Shown here: positions 42,801 to 55,798 of the stretch, one piece after another
How positions within the stretch are numbered: the first letter of the stretch is position 1
Layout of the letters: every line of letters starts with the position of its first letter
Source: Geosiphon pyriformis uo1
Taxonomy: Eukaryota > Fungi > Glomeromycota
Direction: 5' to 3'
Assembly (NCBI GenBank): GCA_016748015.1
Contig: JAAOMT010000563.1
Coordinates: forward strand, 62,001-126,000
DNA length: 64,000 nucleotides
The notes under the pieces: model-generated
The model's input: the letters and a program-made list of their open reading frames with translations, nothing else
Database searches by the model: none
Told to the model about the DNA's origin: nothing
Program-made: the position numbers and the translations under genes

Positions 42801-45600
42801 CAGTAGATTCATAAAATTTTTTGGGAGTATTTACAATAGTTGCAAAAACAGAGTGATGACTGATTTTGGGTTGACTGATAGTTATAGTGTTTATAATAAC
42901 TTGAATCAGAAGAAAGTGTTTTCACTTCTCCTTTGGCATATTTTTTTATGACACTTTGCTATGCAAAGTAAAGAGACAGGAGACAATGTGTGATTATAGA
43001 CTGAATTTGTATTATGTTGCCAAAACTGGTTACATAGATCCCCAGGATAGTTTGATTTTTTTTCTTGCTGCAGATGCATTTGTCAATGATACTATATGAG
43101 TTGGTTCTAGTCAGGTGACTACACAACACATTCTCAATGTTGCCAGTAAATTTTTCAGAATAAATAATATCTTAATCAACAACAACAAGACTGTAGTGAT
43201 TCCAATTAATTGCAGGATAGTCACTCCTTTTTTATCTGTCAGTGGTGCTCCTATTTTTATCTCTAAAAAGGGGGTGTCTCACCGATATCTGGGTATTTTT
43301 CTTTTTTCTAATGAGTTGTCTAAGCCTAGCTTGGCCAAAGCACATTTGGATGTTTGGTTTTTTGCCAATCTTGTTTTGAGAAAAGCAATTTCAGACAAAC
43401 AGTTTTCTTACTTGGTTTCAGCAGTTTTTTATCCTATTATTGATTACAGAATCTAATTTAGCTTTGTTTTTGCTAGTATGTGCCAAAAGTGAAATGTTTT
43501 AATTTGGAAGGGCCTGAAATTAAAATTAGGTCTGCCTCTGGACTTTTCTAATGATGTCTTGCACCACTTTTTATTTTATGGCTTAAAAACTTTTGAGCAG
43601 ATCCAAGCTGAAAGCAAAATTGCTGCTGTGATATGCTTTGCCAATTTTGTTAGAATTTTGGGCCAATTATTCACATATAAGTTGCACAACTTACAGGTCT
43701 TGAGTTAGTGTCTTGTGCATCCCTTGTATTTTTTAGCTCGCATTAGTGTTAATTCTTTGAACAACTTCTTGGCAGATATGGTTTGGGTCTTTCTCGGCTC
43801 TGGTTTATCTTTGGGTAATTTTATGTGTAGTGCTTTTTGCTTCTAATATGGAGCTCCTTTATCTGGTATCTTTGGTGAGTTGATGTATTTCAGGTGTCTT
43901 CCCTTCCTTTGTTGTTATAGAATTGCTTTTGTTGAGCAGCTTTGGTGCCAAAATGGTGCTGTCTTTGACTAGAAAACTTTTAAGTGGTAGAAAAGACTTG
44001 ACCCACATAATCCTGTTCCTATCTGGTTTGTTACTGCTGTTCAGTATCTCTATGATTCTGGTTCTCTTAATGCCAGCTCTTTCCCTCTGGATGTTGCTGC
44101 TGCAAAAAACATTCTTGAATTTCATGAGTTTAGGTCAGTACATAATTGGTTGTCTGGCATTGGTGCCTCTGGCTTTTTTGTGTACACAGATGGTTCTTTT
44201 AGTAGCTTGAGGAATGTTAATATGAAAACTGGTGCTGCTGCATTCTTTGAGGACATTAACTTAGGTTTTGGGGTGGAAGTGACTGGCATGGTGTCTTCTA
44301 TATTGGCAGAGCTTTAAGCCATTGCATTGGCCTTTGAGTATATGTCTAGTTTGAGTTTAGTCTGTCTATTTTCTGACATCCAAGCTGCTTTGGATGCATG
44401 TAAATTTGAATTATTGTTGTTGGTTCCAGATTTTTGAAACAAATGTTGGGTTGAATGTCAACATATTGCTGGCATCATATGTGAAAGAAATTTGAATGTT
44501 GGCTGGTATAAGATTAAAGAACACTTAGGTGTTTCAGATAATAATCAAGCTGACTTACTTACTGGTGTTTCTTCCCATTTAGGCCAGCTCTTTCCTTTCT
44601 GGCTTAAGGAATGTTTTGTTTTGGCTAATAGCAGTATTGTTTTTGAAAACTTTAGACACTTTGTTCATGATATTTTTCAGCCTATTCATTGTGCATGCTG
44701 GAAATTAGGCTTTGGTGCCAAAATTGTGGACAGTTATCTGCTTACAAATATTAATTGGTTTAAATCATCTCTTGTTTGGCATCCTAACTTCCACATGGCT
44801 GCTGGCTTTATAAGTTACCACTTTGCTGGCTTCTGTTTCTATTTTATGAAAGCTTTACACCATAAACTGCCTGTTGCTGTTTGCAAACACTTCTATAATA
44901 AACGTTATTCTAATGTGGTGTGCTTGTATTGTGGTAATGTCAAAGTGTCAGACCATGTTTTCCCTTGTGCATTTGATGTGGCTGTTTGGTTTCAATTGTT
45001 TATTGATTTTGTTTTTGCTTAGAGAGCTATTTCTGGTTTATCCCATGTCTTCTTTCATATATCACAAATGTTATCTAATTGTTTGGCTAATTTGAGACTG
45101 GTTGCTTTGCTGTGCAAAGGTTTTGTGCTCATGGATTGGTACCAGGAGGTCACTTCCTGCTTTGATGACTCTAATATTGCATCTAATAAGATAGTTAAGT
45201 TTGTTCATGATTTGTGCTTGTCTTTTAGGAATGATATTTGGCTGGTTCACTCTAAGCATTGTGTTTTTATGGAGAAACATAGTCTGATTCCTTACAATAG
45301 TTCAATCTCTGTTTCAGTATCCAATAGTGTGTTAATACTTTTGGCCCAAGTGATTAAGTTGCTTGGTATTAACAATGTGTTTGGTGTTAGTTTTGGGTTG
45401 TGCAGTTTCTGTTGGTTTTTCTCAGGTATAGATAATTTGGTTTTTGTGTACATGGGTGTATAGTGTAGTTCTAGTTGGCTTGAGTGGCTAGTTACGTGTA
45501 AAAAAAGCATAATTCATACCTAGTATAGATCATTATTTTGATGTATTGTCACTAGGCAGTATTTGGACTTCACTTATTAAAATAATAATAATAAAAAATA
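39833..45600 (+). mobile_element. Degenerate non-LTR retrotransposon (L1-like LINE: ORF1 with CCHC knuckle; ORF2 APE-RT-RNase H-CCHC), 5' part missing
   Basis: ORF1 remnant CVTCGNFGHVSFEC. ORF2 starts at ATG 40774 with ITETKL, GDFNE, TDH, an RT FVND-like motif, RYLGIF, RNase H YTDGS and CLYC..DH.F.C. A-rich tail near 45580; many stops. Confidence 0.9.
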
Positions 45601-48600
45601 AATAAATAAAATACAAAAAATAATATATTTATAAAAAACATATTATAATTTAGAAAAACTTTTATTATACTAGTCAAAAAATTGTTTATTAAATTAATTC
45701 TTAACTTTATAAAATACTATAGTAAATAATTAAAAACCCAACTTAATATTTGTAAATTCAATAATTTATAATTAAATAAACAACTAAGAATATTACTAGT
45801 ATTTAAAAAATTTATTAATACAATTATTTTTTTAATCTGTATTTGTTTAAAATTTTTAAGTTATACAAAGATAGATAATAAATAGTTTTACAAAAAAATT
45901 TTTTTAGTAAACTAGCTTTTATTTTCAAATTTTTTTTTAATTAATATTTCTTATTTATTATATATACTCTTAAATATAATATTATAATTAAAACTCATAG
46001 TTTTTATTAGTTATTATATGTATTAGCTACTAATGTTATATAATTAACCACCTTATTTTAGATAATGATCATTGACCTGATCAATAACTTAACCATTGAT
46101 CTAATTATTAATCTAATCATTAACTACTTTTAATAGTTATATAAACAATAAGTCTCTTAGATATAAAATCAAGATAACAATTAATTAAGAATAAATAAAA
46201 TAACAACTATCATCTTAATTTTTTTCTATCACTTATTTTCTTTTTCTTACTTTTAAGTATTCGAATATTTTAAGATAAAAGATTACTTGTTGATATTTAC
46301 TTACTTTTTTTCTGACTTATATAATTATAGTATTTGAAAATTATTAAACAAAATATGACTAAAAAGCATATTTGATACTTGATATTGAATTCTAAGAGTA
46401 TTAATGTAAACCATAGAATTATACCAATATGTTATTATTTGTTGACAATATAGATTATCTATTTATCTTCAGATTTTTCAATTATCTTTTGAAAAAAATA
46501 GTGACTAAAATATTTTAAAAGACTAATCTCACATATTGAATCCATATTCATTTAATTCACTTCTTGAAATTGAATTTTTTTTGATTAATTTTATTATTTT
46601 ACAATCTTGTTCTCTTTTATTATATTACTTTAACTCATAACAATAAAATTGAACTGAGTTTTGTAATTAACAATAAATTGTAATATAATTGAAACTAAAT
46701 AAAAAACTGTTTATCTGAAATAGTTTTTTTTAAGACCATATTAACAAAAAATTTTATATCTGAATAAGTTTTTACCAAATTGAATTTAAACAGATCTTTT
46801 GATGACAAAAAAATATTTAAATACTTATAAAAATTTTTTTTCATATAATAAAAATCAATACATTACTTATTAATAATAAAGCTTCCTTAATTTTTTAATT
46901 AATAAAAATAATTATTGTTTTTTTATTGTTAATTAAAATGTTATTGATATTAAAAAACTTACTTACAATATTTAATATATATTAAATAACAGTTTAATTA
47001 TTTTTTATTCAATTAATATTATTAATAAAAACATCAACTGTTAAATAAAAAATCAATTCAGTTTGGTTTTTAATTTTGTCAGTTTGAACAATAAACTTAA
47101 TATCAATATAATATCTACATAAACTTTTATGTCTTTTTACTTTGCATATAAAAAAATTATAAAAAATTTATTAAAACAACAAAAAAAAATTTTAATCTAA
47201 TTTAAACTATTATATATTTGGTATTTATTAATCAATTTATAATCTGTTATAACTTAATTAATTCTGTTATTGTAAATATTATTAAAAAATCTTATAAACT
47301 GTTTGTATATTTTTATATAAACTAAACTATTTTTTAAATAATATAAATCAACAGAATTATATGCTTTTTACATATTTTACAAGACCAGTTAAAGCTCATA
47401 ATTTTTTTTTAAAACATTTTTTATTACTAAATCTACTGCAAAAATTGAAAACTAAGTAATAATGCTTTTTAAAACAAAAAAATTGTATTATAAAAAATAT
47501 AAAATTTGCTACAAACTAAAAAAATTCTGTTTAAAAAAAGCTTAAAAAAATTTTCAAGCAGTTTTAATTAAAGCAATAGGTTTGATATCAATTAAAACTC
47601 TTTTTTATTTATATAACTTGAAAATTATAAACACTTAAGCTTTCTTCCAAGATTAAAACCAAATTTATATATTAAGCAAAAGTTTAATAGATTCAAAAGC
47701 ATTTTTAAAACAAAATTATTAAAATGCTTTTATAATTTATTAATAATATTAAACAAGTCTACAGTCTTTTTATTAAGCAAGTTTTTGATTATACTATTAT
47801 CTAAATAAAAAAACCAATCCAAAAAATATTGAAAAAACATGATTAAAAAATATAATAACTTAGAAAAATGTGATAATACAGAATAATACATTATAACTTA
47901 AAATAATACAAGATAATACATAATAATATAAAATAACTAGTTATAATATAGAATAATTAATTATAATATAAAAAAATAAAACAATAACAGAAATAGTAAG
48001 TAATAATTAATAATAACAAGCAATTAAAAACAATTTTGTAAAACTAGAAATAGATATAAAAACAAGTAGTTTTAGCAATAAAAAAAAACAATCAAATAAA
48101 CAGATAAAAATAAATAAAAAATACATCTTTTTACTTATATCTATTAAATTTATCTTATCTATATATTTATATTATTTTAAATAAAGAAAATATTTAAAAT
48201 TAAAAGAATTACTTATCCATAATTCATGAATTCTGTATTTAAACTGGACTAATTATTCACTTATTTTTGTTTTTAGTCAGATGTTTTTAGCATAAAATAC
48301 CTTAAACAATAACAATTTATACCAATTACTCTTGATTATAGCAATTGATAATATTAATTTATTTTATTTTATTTTATTTTATTCTTTTGTGGAATAACAA
48401 TCTTGTAAAATCAATTGTCTGAAAATGAACTTCATAATAGTTTAATAAAAAAAAAAAACTTTCCTTAAGATTGAATATTAACATTATCTTGTTAGCTTAC
48501 CAAAAGAGTAAAAAAACATTGTTAGATCCTAGTGACTATATTTGACTAGCTTGGAAAAAATAGCTTATATACTTAAACTACAAACAACCAAAACATTTTT

Positions 48601-49139
48601 TTGTGTCTTATAACCAAAGAATTTTATAAGTAAAACTAACAAAAAACCTTCAAAAACTGATATTACTAATCTATTTTAAATATTTAGAATAAAAACCTTT
48701 AAGCTTTCTGTTATCCAAATTTAGAGCACCAAATATTATTATATTAACTTATTAAATTTATTCATAACAACACATAACATTTTATTATATACAATAATAC
48801 TTATAATATCAAAAAAAATATTATTATTAACATAAATTAATATTATTTAACATTAATTTTTTTCTTATTAACTTTTTATAATTATATTAATCTTAAATTT
48901 AACTTTGCTAAGATTTAAAACTAGTTTATTATTAATAATCAAGTAATCTAAAATTATTTTTTAAAATAAATATTTTAAAACATTAATATTTTTTAAATAA
49001 TAGTTTATTTATAAATAATAAACTTTTTTTATTAATATTGGTTTTTTTTAAAGTTAAAATTAAATTATTAAAAAAATATAAAACTTTTTTTAAATAAAAA
49101 TTTGAATTTGGTTTTTAAGTTATAATTTTTATTTTATTT

Positions 49140-52100
49140 TTTTATTATTATGCGTTTAAAAAATGAAGTTCAATCACTATCTAATACATAGAGCCAAACT
49201 AAGAGGTCTAAACTAAATGTAATTCATGCACTTTCTACATGTGGCTAGCCACTCAGGCCAGACAAGGCATCACTACACACCTATAACAACCTGCAGGTTA
49301 AAATCCAAACCAAAAAAGAACAGACAAGTCTGACAATGGCCAAAACTAACAGCAAAAGACTCCAAAATGCCAAGTAGTCTAATCATATCATCTGACAAAG
49401 CAGAAGCTACATGACAAGGCAGACCAGAAACCAACTCACCATTTCTAACCAAACCAGCTCTTTCCATATTCACCCTATACTTAGTTCTAATCAACCAGAC
49501 CTTAGTATAATACAGCTCAACCACACCTCTAACAAAATCAATGACAACATCAGCAGTCCTCTTCTTATTCTTAAAAGCACCAATGGCTTCAAGACACCAG
49601 TCCGACATTACAAAACCCTTACACAAAACCGAGTAAAGACCAACATTTGAAGAACAACTATCAAGAAACATCAAAGTGGCAGAAGGTGTCAAAAAACAAG
49701 GACCCAACAGAGAGACCCACAAAGCAAAAGCCCCAGCCAAAATCTTCTTCTGAATGTTGGCATCTGAAATGCATGAAAAAACATGATCAAACAACTTCAC
49801 TTCACCACACAGTAAGCAAAACACACCAGGATACCCTTTGTCATATAACCTCTTCCGAACTGTAGGTGGTGGTAAACAGCTTTCATTAAATATGACCACA
49901 GACCAGAAGGCTTTCAACTAGTAAAACCAGTAAGCATATGCGAATCAGGATGCCATACTTTTGAGGTAGCTGCCCAGTTTATACACCCCACCAGCTCACC
50001 TGAAATTACATCACAGCCAGGACTAGCTTCTCAGTGAGCGTGACAAACAGACCTATGTAAGTCCTTAACAAAATAATGAGCATTGTCAGACAAAATCATG
50101 TCATCTGCCTTCAAAAAACATTCCCATACCCTCACAGGCATAAAAAACTGAGAACGAGTAGCAGCACCAGCAGCAAAATCAGCTCTAATATTACCATAAA
50201 CCCCAGAATGTCCCTTAACCTTAATCCAACTCACACTAAGATCTTTTTCCCTAATAAAATTGAAAATATGACATCTTTCCACCCAACATGGAATACAAAA
50301 ATCAAACACAGCAAAAGACATTTCAGACACACAACCATCAATGGCAGCTTGGCTGTCAAGATGCAATACCACCACACTAGAAGATGGAATACACTTCAAT
50401 GCCAACACAACAGCCTACAACTCGGCCAAAGTAGATGACAACAGCCCAGAAACACCAACACCAATACTAAGATCCACAGAAGGAAAGTAAGCGGCCATGC
50501 TGTCTACAATGTTACCAGACCCAGTATTCACCAGTGAACTATCTGTAAAAACTTCAAAGAAACTAGACCATAACCCATGCAGACAATCTTGTACTCCAGA
50601 AAATTCCTTAGAGTTAAAAATGTCTGAACCAGAACACCCAACAGACTGAGAAGAACCAGATGGCAGAATACCACTACCAACCAAAAACTCACTGGTCAGA
50701 CTAAACCAAAAAGAGACAGGCCCCCTTGGATCAAACCATTTCCACCAACAAAAAGTTCTCCAATCCATCACACAATCTTTTTTATTAAGCAACCTATCTG
50801 CGAAAGCAACTCCAAAATGTTTCAAGGAATGAACAGAATCATAATAAAGAAAACCACCCAGAACAGACGACATAGAAAAAACACCAGGATTATGAAAAGC
50901 ACTAGGCAGGTAATTCACCAAAAAGAGTCCATCATGCAAAAAAATCCGAACCATACCAGCCAGAAAATTGTTCACAGGACTAACATGCAACCTAACAGGA
51001 AACTGCAAAGGATCCAAGGGAGTCCAACCCAAAACCTGTAAATCCAAGAATTTGTGGTTAAATAATTGCCCCAGGATGCCAAAGGCATTAGAAAAGGAGA
51101 CCACAGCACTCAACTTGCTCTCAAACTGCAATTGCTCAAAAGATTTCAAGCCATATAATGAAGAGTAATGTAAAGCTGCATTAGGAAAGTCACAGGAGAG
51201 GCAGGTCTTGATTTTGAAACCCTTCCTGACCATGACATCCCACTTGTGACACACATTCAAAGACATGAAGCTGAACTGAGTATGATAGCTAATAATAGGC
51301 TGCAAAACAGCTGACACCAAATAAGAGAACTGTTTATCCGTAACTGCTTTTCTGAGCACCACATTGACAAAAAATTGAACATCAGAATGGGCCTTAGCAA
51401 GACTGGGCTTGGACAGTTCATTGGTGGACAAAAATATCTCCAAATAACGATGAGTCTTACCCTTTTTGACAATAGAAATAGGCTGACCGCTAATACTCAA
51501 AGAAGCTACCTATACACCTTGATTAATTGGAATGACCACTGTCTTTTTATTATTAATAAAAATGTCATTGATCAAAAAAAACTCACTAGCAATATTCAGA
51601 GCATATTGCATGAATGCTTGGCAATCTCCAACCCATATTGTATTATCTACAAAAGCACCAGCCACAAAGAAAGAGATTAATCCACCAACATTCTCGATTC
51701 TGCCAGTCTTTGCCATAAACTTAGTATCAATTCAGTATTCACACAAATGTTCATGTCATTTAACTTCACACAAAAGTGGATCATAGAAGATCCTCTAAAG
51801 AAGAGGAGAAAAAACCTCCCTCTGATCCAAGCCATCATGTACTACATAGCCATCTGAGAGACCAAAATCTGTCATGACCCTATTAATCCTATCTGTATAA
51901 ATGCCACCAAAGAACTTGATAAACTTATCACGCATTTTAATATGCCTCAAGCTAGCTTCCAAGTGATGCCAACCAATTGAGTCATATGCCTTGTGCATAT
52001 CCTACAAGACTGGCCAAAGTTTCTGATTTTTTTCCAATGCATCTTCAATCATCAAGTCTACTGCAAACACAAGAAACTGTGTAGACATACCCTTTAAAAC

Positions 52101-55100
52101 AGAAAAATTGTTCTCATGAAGAATGCCAAACTTGCTGCAAACGGCCGAGATTCGGTCTAAAAAAATTTTGGACAAGATCTTCCTGGCAGTCTCGATAAGT
52201 GCAATCAGCTGAGTGTTCATTAGAACTCCATCCCAGTTGTAAGGTTTAGGAATCATAGAAACCCAAGCCCTTCTCCACAGAATGAAAACACCTCCTGATA
52301 CCAGACATGCATTCAAAATATCCAAAAGACATCTCAACATCACTTCCCCACCATGTTTCCAAAACTTATTAAAAATGCTAAACAAGCCAGCAGCCTTGCC
52401 ATCTGGTAGACCTATGACAACCGAAAGTAGTTTATTCTTATTGATTACACACATTCTTCACATAATTCAAAGGAGCATATTGGTGGGCCCAGAGATCAGG
52501 CAAAACTGGCAACACACCCCTCTTTCTTGTCCACTCCTCTATGATCTTATTAACTTTAAGCTTCACATCACCTGGCTCCAACACCAGCTCTTCATCCACC
52601 ACCAAATGATCCAAAACCACTTTGCGGAAAGGCTGATCCAAAACACTTCTAATCATGCCACTCTTATCTGAACAAAATTTTTCCATGTGTCACTCTATTG
52701 TCTTCCTGATAGAAGCTTCCTTAGCCAACCTCGACTCAAACAGCTTTGATTTTCTGTAATCTTTACGCACTAATAATAAATGTTTAAAAATTGCCTCAGA
52801 TTTCACACCAGATCCACACAAGTCAGCAAAGACATGAGCTCTGGTATTATCAAAAGTCGACCACTTCCCCACAAAGTGCTCAATCCCAGACATGTCCCCA
52901 GAGCAGAAGCACTTAACAATTTTGGCAACCAAAAGCTCCAACCCAAAAAACCTAGAAAAATGCTTATTTTTAGAGCACTGAAACTTACTGAACCAACATC
53001 TCGAGAATATTTCATCAGCTGAAGCAACCATCACCTCCTCCAGGATTGACCATGCAGTATCAACATTTTCAAAAGCCAAAGCACTAGAAAACTTATCCGT
53101 AGCTGCCAAAAGCATGGCAGAGAAACAATCTTTGAATCTAGTCTATCTGGGGCCATCCACATCCTTAATCTTAAACTTCTACTAATTTTTATTAGCCTGT
53201 TTGCACAAACTATTCAACTGAATGTCCAAAAGTCCACTCAAGCCAACCGAGACCAAAACAGCATTGTAATTAGTATTAAAAAACTCAGAAACAGACTTGA
53301 CCTAATGACTAGCAAGAGCAGATGCCAAAGTACCACTAACAAAAATGTAATCAATTGTCTTCTTAGCCCCTCTGAAATTGCTCCATGTGAAAGCCCCCAC
53401 CAATTGATGGTTGGTAAATGCATTGACCAAACCCAATTTCAAACAGAACCTGAAGCTTGTACTTCTACCTGAACCATTCTTATTAAAGTCCTCACCCAAA
53501 ATCACAAAGGTGCTGGAGTTAACAGTCTTAGCTATAAGAGAGTTCATTTCCACAGCCTGACAAAAATGAGTTTCAGCCAAAACACCAGCATACAAACCCA
53601 ATAATGTAACCGACAACTTGCTCTTGAATAAAAGCCATATTGAAATCAATCGACCAGGAACCTCCTCCACTTTGAACACATGATGAGCCAAGAAATTGTT
53701 CACAATAATAGCCACACCAGCACCTAAAAAACTCTTTTCCAAACCAGAAGCAAAAACTCAAACACCCTTAAATTTATTAGCTATCCAAGGCTCAACACTG
53801 GAATATAGCTTGGTTTTTGTAACAAAAGACACCATATTGCCTAACCACTTATGCCAGCATACCACATCTTCCTGTTTAGCAAGAATATTGATTCCACGAA
53901 CATTGCATATAGCAAACTTCCAAACCAGGTTACTCATTGGGGCACAGAAGATGACAGAGAACCCGAACTAGAACATAAAAGATTTAACCTAGCCAACACT
54001 AAACCAATAAAAGCTTCCAATGAAGCCAACTTAGTTTCTAGACCACCAACTTTGCTGGTGAGAATCTTGGAGCTGTTTAAACTAAGATTATGCATACCAT
54101 CAACCACAGAAGAAAGACAAGAAGCACCTGGCACCGAAGTGCTGTCCAAAATTCAGCATTGAATTTTTAAATGCAGCAGCAGCAATAGGAGACCCAAGAG
54201 AAGATAGCACCAAAGACACCAGTTCAACAAAGCTCAACCTCTTTACTATACCAGAAACTTGGTCAGCCAATAGCCCAAGAGAGTGTTCTAAAGATGCCAA
54301 ACATTCACTTAAGAAAGAATTGTCAACAGATGATAGAGGAGCAGCACCACCCAAACCAAAGGCACCAGAAGGAAAAAAACCAGTGCCAAGACCAAAGTCA
54401 AAAAGTGGGTGGCCAGAGAATGACACATTAAAGACAATCTGAGCCCAAAACTTGCCACCAAAGGCAGTTAGATGAGAAATAGGAACATTTTTTTTAGCAT
54501 ACAACTTAGCCAGTCAAAGGCAATTTGAACCAAAGGCAGGCTTTTTAAGAGAAACAAAAGGCTTAGGAGTAGATGCATCTGAGGCATCACACTCAAGAGC
54601 CAAATGACCAAAACACCCACACTTCCCACACTTAACTAAATCCAACCTAGCCCATAAGAATCATACACCACTGAAAATAGGTTTGGTATGAAAGGCAGAA
54701 TCCAAATCTTCCTCAGATTCAAAGCCAACCACAGTACAACAAACCCTATTGCCAGTTTCAAAAGATCGATTGATAATGCAAGTCTTCCTGCCAGTCCTAT
54801 CCAAAAGAGTACCAAGATTGTGCGCAGTTGTTCTTACTGGCAAAGTAAACAACAGCGCCCTGAAGCAATCTCTAGACACCCAAATATCCTGATCTCCCAT
54901 GGCTTTGGCCACACACACTGAATCTTTTCCGATTAAGAATGATCACTTTGAGGCCAACAGATCAGCTTGACTCAATTCAACAAATTCCACTACAGTCTTT
55001 TGCCACATGCTGATCAACTGGATCTTGATAGACTTAATCTTTCCAAAAGTGAATACTGCAGTGACAATCATCTCCTTTGGTGTATTCATGGGAATTTCTT

Positions 55101-55798
55101 TGATGACTACGGCCCGATCTGAGCACACTCCTTGTTTTTTGAAATCGGTGTTTACAATGATCCCATTTTCTCTGGCCAATAATGCAGCCTTTTTTATGCT
55201 TTCTTCAGAAGTGAAGATAGATCAGATAATCCCTTCAAATTTTAAGGAGGTAGTGGCCCTCCCAAAACCATTGACTGAAGAAAAAATTTTTCTAATTAGC
55301 CAGATCTTTGCCATTGCTGAATTATCTTTCACAGCCGAGAAATTAATATCCAATGCAAATGATTTCTTAATCGATATTTCCACAAGAGTCTTAATAATTT
55401 TAGGATTGATCCACTTTTTCTCCAAAGAGATAGACAAGTGAGGAGGAAGCACAATTTCATCATCATCCATAGTAAAATTAGGAGAGCCAAGTAGAGAGCT
55501 GAATATTGTACCAGTATTAACACAATTTGCTTTGAGAGTAGTAGCAACTGAGCCCAGCAGGGACCTCTCATTTATACCAGTTAAGCCCATATCCTTATCA
55601 TTACCAGACATACTATCTACATCAGAATATACACTACCACTAGGCTCAGATTTACTCAAAGAGATATTTTTTTTGTCACCAAAGTGTTTAACATTCCCAA
55701 GAACTGCTTTTTTTTTCTGAGCAAAAGAACCACCAGCAGGACCATAGAAAGCACCTTTGGGCGCCTTTTTTTTGGACATATTACTGCTCGAAGCAGTC
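49140..55798 (-). mobile_element. Degenerate LINE (same architecture), near full length
   Basis: ORF1 from ATG 55779 (MSKKKAPKG..., RRM-like KEIP...FGKIKSIK, CCHC knuckle). ORF2 from 53937 with APE, RT (AFVDN), RNase H (LDSQAA, KVKGHSG..GN..AD) and CLLCGE..DH.F.C. A-rich tail near 49140. Confidence 0.9.

Noticed and set aside
45600-49140. Very AT-rich tract as a gene or origin
   Set aside because: No ORF or recognisable motif. Probably heavily decayed repeat sequence, but I cannot identify the family.
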